A stretch of 35,244 nt of DNA, from assembly GCA_049452395.1 (NCBI GenBank), contig JBMTWK010000001.1, positions 1-35,244 on the forward strand, given 5' to 3'. A program made the translations under genes and the position numbers. Below are positions 31,595-35,244 of this stretch, one piece after another. Source of the DNA: Prochlorothrix sp. GTDB taxonomy: Bacteria > Cyanobacteriota > Cyanobacteriia > Prochlorotrichales > Prochlorotrichaceae. The notes beneath the pieces are model-generated. The model saw nothing but the letters and a program-made list of their open reading frames with translations, did not search any database and was not told the DNA's origin. Every line of letters starts with the position of its first letter. Within the stretch, counting starts at the first letter, position 1.

Positions 31595-31896
31595 GCCGAT
31601 TGCAAATCGGCGATCCCAGGAGGGTACAAGAGGGGCCGATTGCAAATCGGCGATCCCAGAAAGGATGATTGAAAATTGGCGATCCGAGGGGGATAGAAGA
31701 GGGGCCGATTGCAAATCGGCGATCCCAGAAAGGGCGATCGCAAATTGGCGATCCGAGGGGGATAGAAGAGGGGCCGATTACAAATCGGCGATCCCAGATG
31801 AGGACGATCGCAAATTGGCGATCCGAGGGGGATAGAAGAGAGGCCGATTGCAAATCGGCGATCCCAGATGAGGACGATCGCAAATTTGCGGCCTAG
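31595..31896. repeat. Higher-order tandem array of nine 25-bp palindromic monomers (A/B dimer period 69-70 bp)
   Basis: A = GCCGATTGCAAATCGGCGATCCCAG at 31595, 31635, 31704, 31773, 31843; B variants at 31664, 31733, 31803, 31873. Confidence 0.92.
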
Positions 31897-31907
31897 GGGC
31901 GGGAATT

Positions 31908-32549
31908 CTAGTTTTCGTCGCCTTGGGTGATTTTGAGCCGATAGCTGTAGCGCTGTCCCGGATCCGCTGTGCCCACCCAAATGCGATAAGTACCCTTGCG
32001 CCAGGACGATCGCCCAATCGAGGCATCCTCCCCATCCCCATTGCCATCATCGCCGCAGTAGGTGCCCTGCGGTCCCTCAATTACCAGCGTTGTATCTTCG
32101 CCCCCGCTCTCAACCCCAATCCGCAACTGATCAAAGTCTGCGGTGAGATGCAAGATGTGGTCAGGGGTCTGGGTGTTGTAGCTATAGCCGGAGCATAGCT
32201 CATTGCGATCGTCAAAATTAGAAATAGCCGTCAGGGAAGCCATGCCCCCCGTCGTCCAGCTATCCCCCGTCGTCCAAGCAACCGTTTGGCTAGCACTGCG
32301 GCGATCGGCCACTGGCTCTAGCACCAACTGGCCAAAATGACTGGCTCCCCGTGTCACACCGCTTTGGGTTGCCAAAACCAGCGAAATCATATCCTGGGCC
32401 AAGACGGGCTGGGGTAGCATCCCCCAAGCCAACCCCAGGGCTAGTCCTGGGACATAGCACGATCGAGGGCGCACCTGGGGTCTAGAGTTCAGCCGCGATC
32501 GCAGACCGGTCAGAGCAACCTTCAGCGCACCATATAGGGGGATCGGCAT
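31908..32549 (-). CDS. Hypothetical exported protein with a PPC-like beta-sandwich C-terminal domain
   Basis: Signal-like LALGLAWG..VLA, C..Y....PDHIL, DTTLVIEGP..TYCGDD, GTYRIWVG; start uncertain (32549, 32603 or 32660). Confidence 0.7.
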   Translation of the reverse strand: MPIPLYGALKVALTGLRSRLNSRPQVRPRSCYVPGLALGLAWGMLPQPVLAQDMISLVLATQSGVTRGASHFGQLVLEPVADRRSASQTVAWTTGDSWTTGGMASLTAISNFDDRNELCSGYSYNTQTPDHILHLTADFDQLRIGVESGGEDTTLVIEGPQGTYCGDDGNGDGEDASIGRSSWRKGTYRIWVGTADPGQRYSYRLKITQGDEN

Positions 32550-33231
32550 CCGGGGGGAGCGACGATCGTGATCAGCACAACGGGAATCATCAGTGAGTCG
32601 CATAATAAGGTTCCAGGATAAAAGAACAGTAGCGGGGGCGCAGCTAACCAAGTACCGCACCGATTTATAGAGAAAACGGGTTAAATTTTGGATCGTTATA
32701 GGGCTGTTTTGATTGAATTTCGAGGGGAGAACTTTTTTGGGGGGTCCATCTCAACTGGGGCGAGAGTGGGCTGGACCGGAAATTTTTGTTTGAAGGGAGC
32801 TGGGAATTTCCGCCACGCTGGACTAGCTAGATTGACAAAACGGGAATCCCAGTGGCTTGCGATCGTCATCACCTTTTCGTTACTTTCTAGTTTAAAGGCC
32901 CCAGAGAAACTTGGAGAGCCAGCCCCCCACCCTTAACAGTTCTCTACACCACCGCTTGAGCCTGTATTTTGAGCCTGTATACCGGTACAGCCTTGGCAAG
33001 AACAACGGAATTGGCCTAGAACAACGCGCCCCACGGTTGCCCCAACCTCCTGAGAGCTTTAGACCACCGCAGGGTTAACGTAGGGGTCCAAAGGCTATAG
33101 ATGAATTTGCCCCACTTAAGTTCCAGCTCGTAATTGTCTCGATCGGCTTATAGATTGTAGATTTTCATTTTCAGGCTAGTGATTTATACTCAAAAGCGGT
33201 CTTAACCTTTCATTAACCCAAAACCCTTTGT

Positions 33232-33585
33232 ATGCGATCTAAAGCCATCACCCTGTTTTTAAGTCTTGGATTAAGCACCGCCCTGGTTGCCTGTGGCGGC
33301 GCTGAGACCACTGCACCGACCGACGGCGGCGACACAGCCCCCGCAGTGGAATCCACCGAACCCACTGACGCTCCTCCCGCCGAGACCGCTCCCGCAACCG
33401 AAGGGACCACTCCTGAAGGTACCGAGTCTCCCGCTCCTGAGGGTACCGAATCTCCCGCTCCTGAAGCGGGCGCAACCACCGAAGGTGGCACCACCGATCC
33501 TGCGGCAGCACCCGCAACCGAAGGCACTGAACCCGCTCCCGCTGAAGGCACCGAGACCGAAGGCGGCGAAGGCGGCGAAGGCTAA
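33232..33585 (+). CDS. Pro/Ala/Thr/Glu-rich lipoprotein ending EGGEGGEG
   Basis: Signal peptide with lipobox LVAC, low-complexity acidic body, internal 24-bp repeat (PEGTESPA x2). Confidence 0.8.
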   Translation: MRSKAITLFLSLGLSTALVACGGAETTAPTDGGDTAPAVESTEPTDAPPAETAPATEGTTPEGTESPAPEGTESPAPEAGATTEGGTTDPAAAPATEGTEPAPAEGTETEGGEGGEG

Positions 33586-33621
33586 ACTAGCCAATCTCTG
33601 AATGATCCTGACTGATCCTCT

Positions 33622-33697
33622 GGCCAGAGGATTGCTACCAGGCCAGAGGATTGCTACCGGGCCAGAGCGTTGTAACGAGGCCAGAACGTTGTAACCC
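33622..33697. repeat. 19-bp tandem repeat x4 with progressive divergence
   Basis: ggccagaggattgctacca / ggccagaggattgctaccg / ggccagagcgttgtaacga / ggccagaacgttgtaaccc. Confidence 0.85.
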
Positions 33698-33987
33698 ATC
33701 ACCGCACCATGGCTAGAGCGTTCTAGAGCGTTCGTTAAAGCTAGGGCAACCGCTGGGACGATCGGGTGGAAGGAGCGGGGAAGAAGTTCCTTTCACCCTT
33801 AGCCCCTTTTGGGTTCTCTAGCAGTCCAGCCAACACAAGGTGGCTGGGGGATTTTGAGTAGCTTGACCGATCGCGGAAGACTTCCCCCCGGATCCCATCT
33901 ATGGCATAAATGACCATAGCGACAGGCTGTACAAAAACCCTCTGCACAACTCTCTGCACATTTTTCAACTCCCCCTGGTCCGGAACC

Positions 33988-35238
33988 ATGCAAACCTTGT
34001 CAACCCCTCCCTCCACCTCAGCATCTACCCCGGCTGACTCTTCCTCGGCTGACCTTCCTGCTGTGGACACGGTGATTCGCCGCCGCAAAACCCGCAGTGT
34101 ACCGGTGGGTACGGTGTCGATCGGCAGCAACCACCCCGTCGTGGTCCAGTCGATGATTAACGAAGACACCCACGATATTGAGGGAGCAACCGCAGCAATC
34201 CGGCGCTTACATGAGCTAGGCTGCGAAATTGTGCGGGTGACCGTGCCCAGCTTGGGCCATGCCAAGGCCGTCGCCGATATTAAAAAGCGGCTGCGGGAAA
34301 CCTACCTGGATGTGCCCCTGGTGGCCGATGTCCACCACAACGGCATGAAGATTGCCCTAGAAGTGGCCAAACATGTCGATAAAGTGCGGATTAATCCGGG
34401 GCTGTATGTGTTTGAGAAGCCCAAGGACGATCGCACCGACTACAGCCAAAGTGAATTTGACGCGATCGCCGACCAAATCCGCGCCACCCTAGAACCCCTC
34501 GTCGTCAGCCTCCGGGATCAGGGCAAATCCATGCGCATTGGGGTTAACCATGGCTCCCTCGCCGAGCGGATGCTCTTTACCTACGGCGACACCCCCGAAG
34601 GCATGGTGGAATCCGCCTTAGAATTTATCCGCATTTGTGAATCCCTCGACTTCCGTAACTTGGTCGTCTCCATGAAAGCCTCCCGCGTGCCCGTCATGCT
34701 AGCGGCCTATCGCCTCATGGCCCGTCGCATGGATGAGCTAGGCATGGATTATCCCCTGCACCTTGGGGTTACCGAGGCCGGAGACGGGGAATATGGCCGC
34801 ATTAAGTCCACCGCAGGGATCGCCACCCTGTTGGCCGATGGCATTGGCGACACCATTCGCGTCTCGCTGACGGAAGCCCCCGAAAAAGAAATCCCGGTCT
34901 GCTACAGCATTCTCCAAGCCCTGGGCCTGCGCAAAACCATGGTGGAATATGTGGCCTGTCCCTCCTGTGGCCGGACGCTGTTCAACTTGGAAGAAGTCCT
35001 GCACAAGGTGCGGGAAGCCACCAAGCACTTGGTGGGCCTGGATATTGCGGTGATGGGCTGCATCGTCAATGGTCCGGGGGAAATGGCCGACGCAGATTAT
35101 GGCTATGTGGGCAAGACTCCCGGCTTTATCTCCCTCTATCGCGGTCGGGAAGAAATCAAAAAAGTCCCCGAAGATCAGGGTGTGGCTGAGTTGATTAACT
35201 TGATCAAGGCCGACGATCGCTGGGTCGATCCAGAGTAA
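33988..35238 (+). CDS. ispG: (E)-4-hydroxy-3-methylbut-2-enyl diphosphate synthase (GcpE)
   Basis: [51 protein letters not shown]; start at ATG 33988. Confidence 0.97.
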   Translation: MQTLSTPPSTSASTPADSSSADLPAVDTVIRRRKTRSVPVGTVSIGSNHPVVVQSMINEDTHDIEGATAAIRRLHELGCEIVRVTVPSLGHAKAVADIKKRLRETYLDVPLVADVHHNGMKIALEVAKHVDKVRINPGLYVFEKPKDDRTDYSQSEFDAIADQIRATLEPLVVSLRDQGKSMRIGVNHGSLAERMLFTYGDTPEGMVESALEFIRICESLDFRNLVVSMKASRVPVMLAAYRLMARRMDELGMDYPLHLGVTEAGDGEYGRIKSTAGIATLLADGIGDTIRVSLTEAPEKEIPVCYSILQALGLRKTMVEYVACPSCGRTLFNLEEVLHKVREATKHLVGLDIAVMGCIVNGPGEMADADYGYVGKTPGFISLYRGREEIKKVPEDQGVAELINLIKADDRWVDPE

Positions 35239-35244
35239 AGCAGC

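Noticed and set aside
31595-31896. CRISPR array interpretation of the palindromic repeat
   Set aside because: Intervening sequences are only 4-15 bp and are themselves repeated; no unique spacers, leader or cas genes
31460-32080. Several ORFs with repeated peptides (LGSPICNRPL, WDRRFAIG, GRLQIGDP)
   Set aside because: They are translations of the DNA repeat in multiple frames on both strands, with frame switching between units and no RBS; not a credible RiPP precursor or protein

Overview
Cyanobacterial chromosomal backbone, identified by dense HIP1 GCGATCGC / CGATCG sites, the ado-aar alkane genes and an atp1-a-c-b'-b-delta-alpha-gamma ATP synthase operon without beta/epsilon. Gene order: SDR, accA, aar, ado (alkane cluster, minus strand); creatininase-family; rseP, nth, hypC, hypD, PP2C phosphatase, gamma-tocopherol methyltransferase, CLC-CBS-USP protein; an ABC/AAA-ATPase + TOPRIM-like (OLD/PARIS-like) gene directly behind rsmE; ATL protein, queA, membrane protein; atp operon; clpS, CPBP protease, gyrA; secreted hypothetical; acidic lipoprotein ending EGGEGGEG; ispG. 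I saw no rRNA, tRNA, CRISPR array or transposase. Most of the window is housekeeping. The parts not explained by that are: (i) the solitary ATPase-TOPRIM candidate defence gene; (ii) a higher-order array of nine 25-bp palindromic monomers fused to a duplicated GTAG-REP right after gyrA; (iii) at least three families of REP/REPIN-like palindromes, including copies inside the alkane and atp operons; (iv) a CLC with Gln at the gating-glutamate position; (v) the EGGEGGEG lipoprotein; (vi) frequent short tandem duplications, several in-frame. All calls come from reading motifs by eye; no database search was run.
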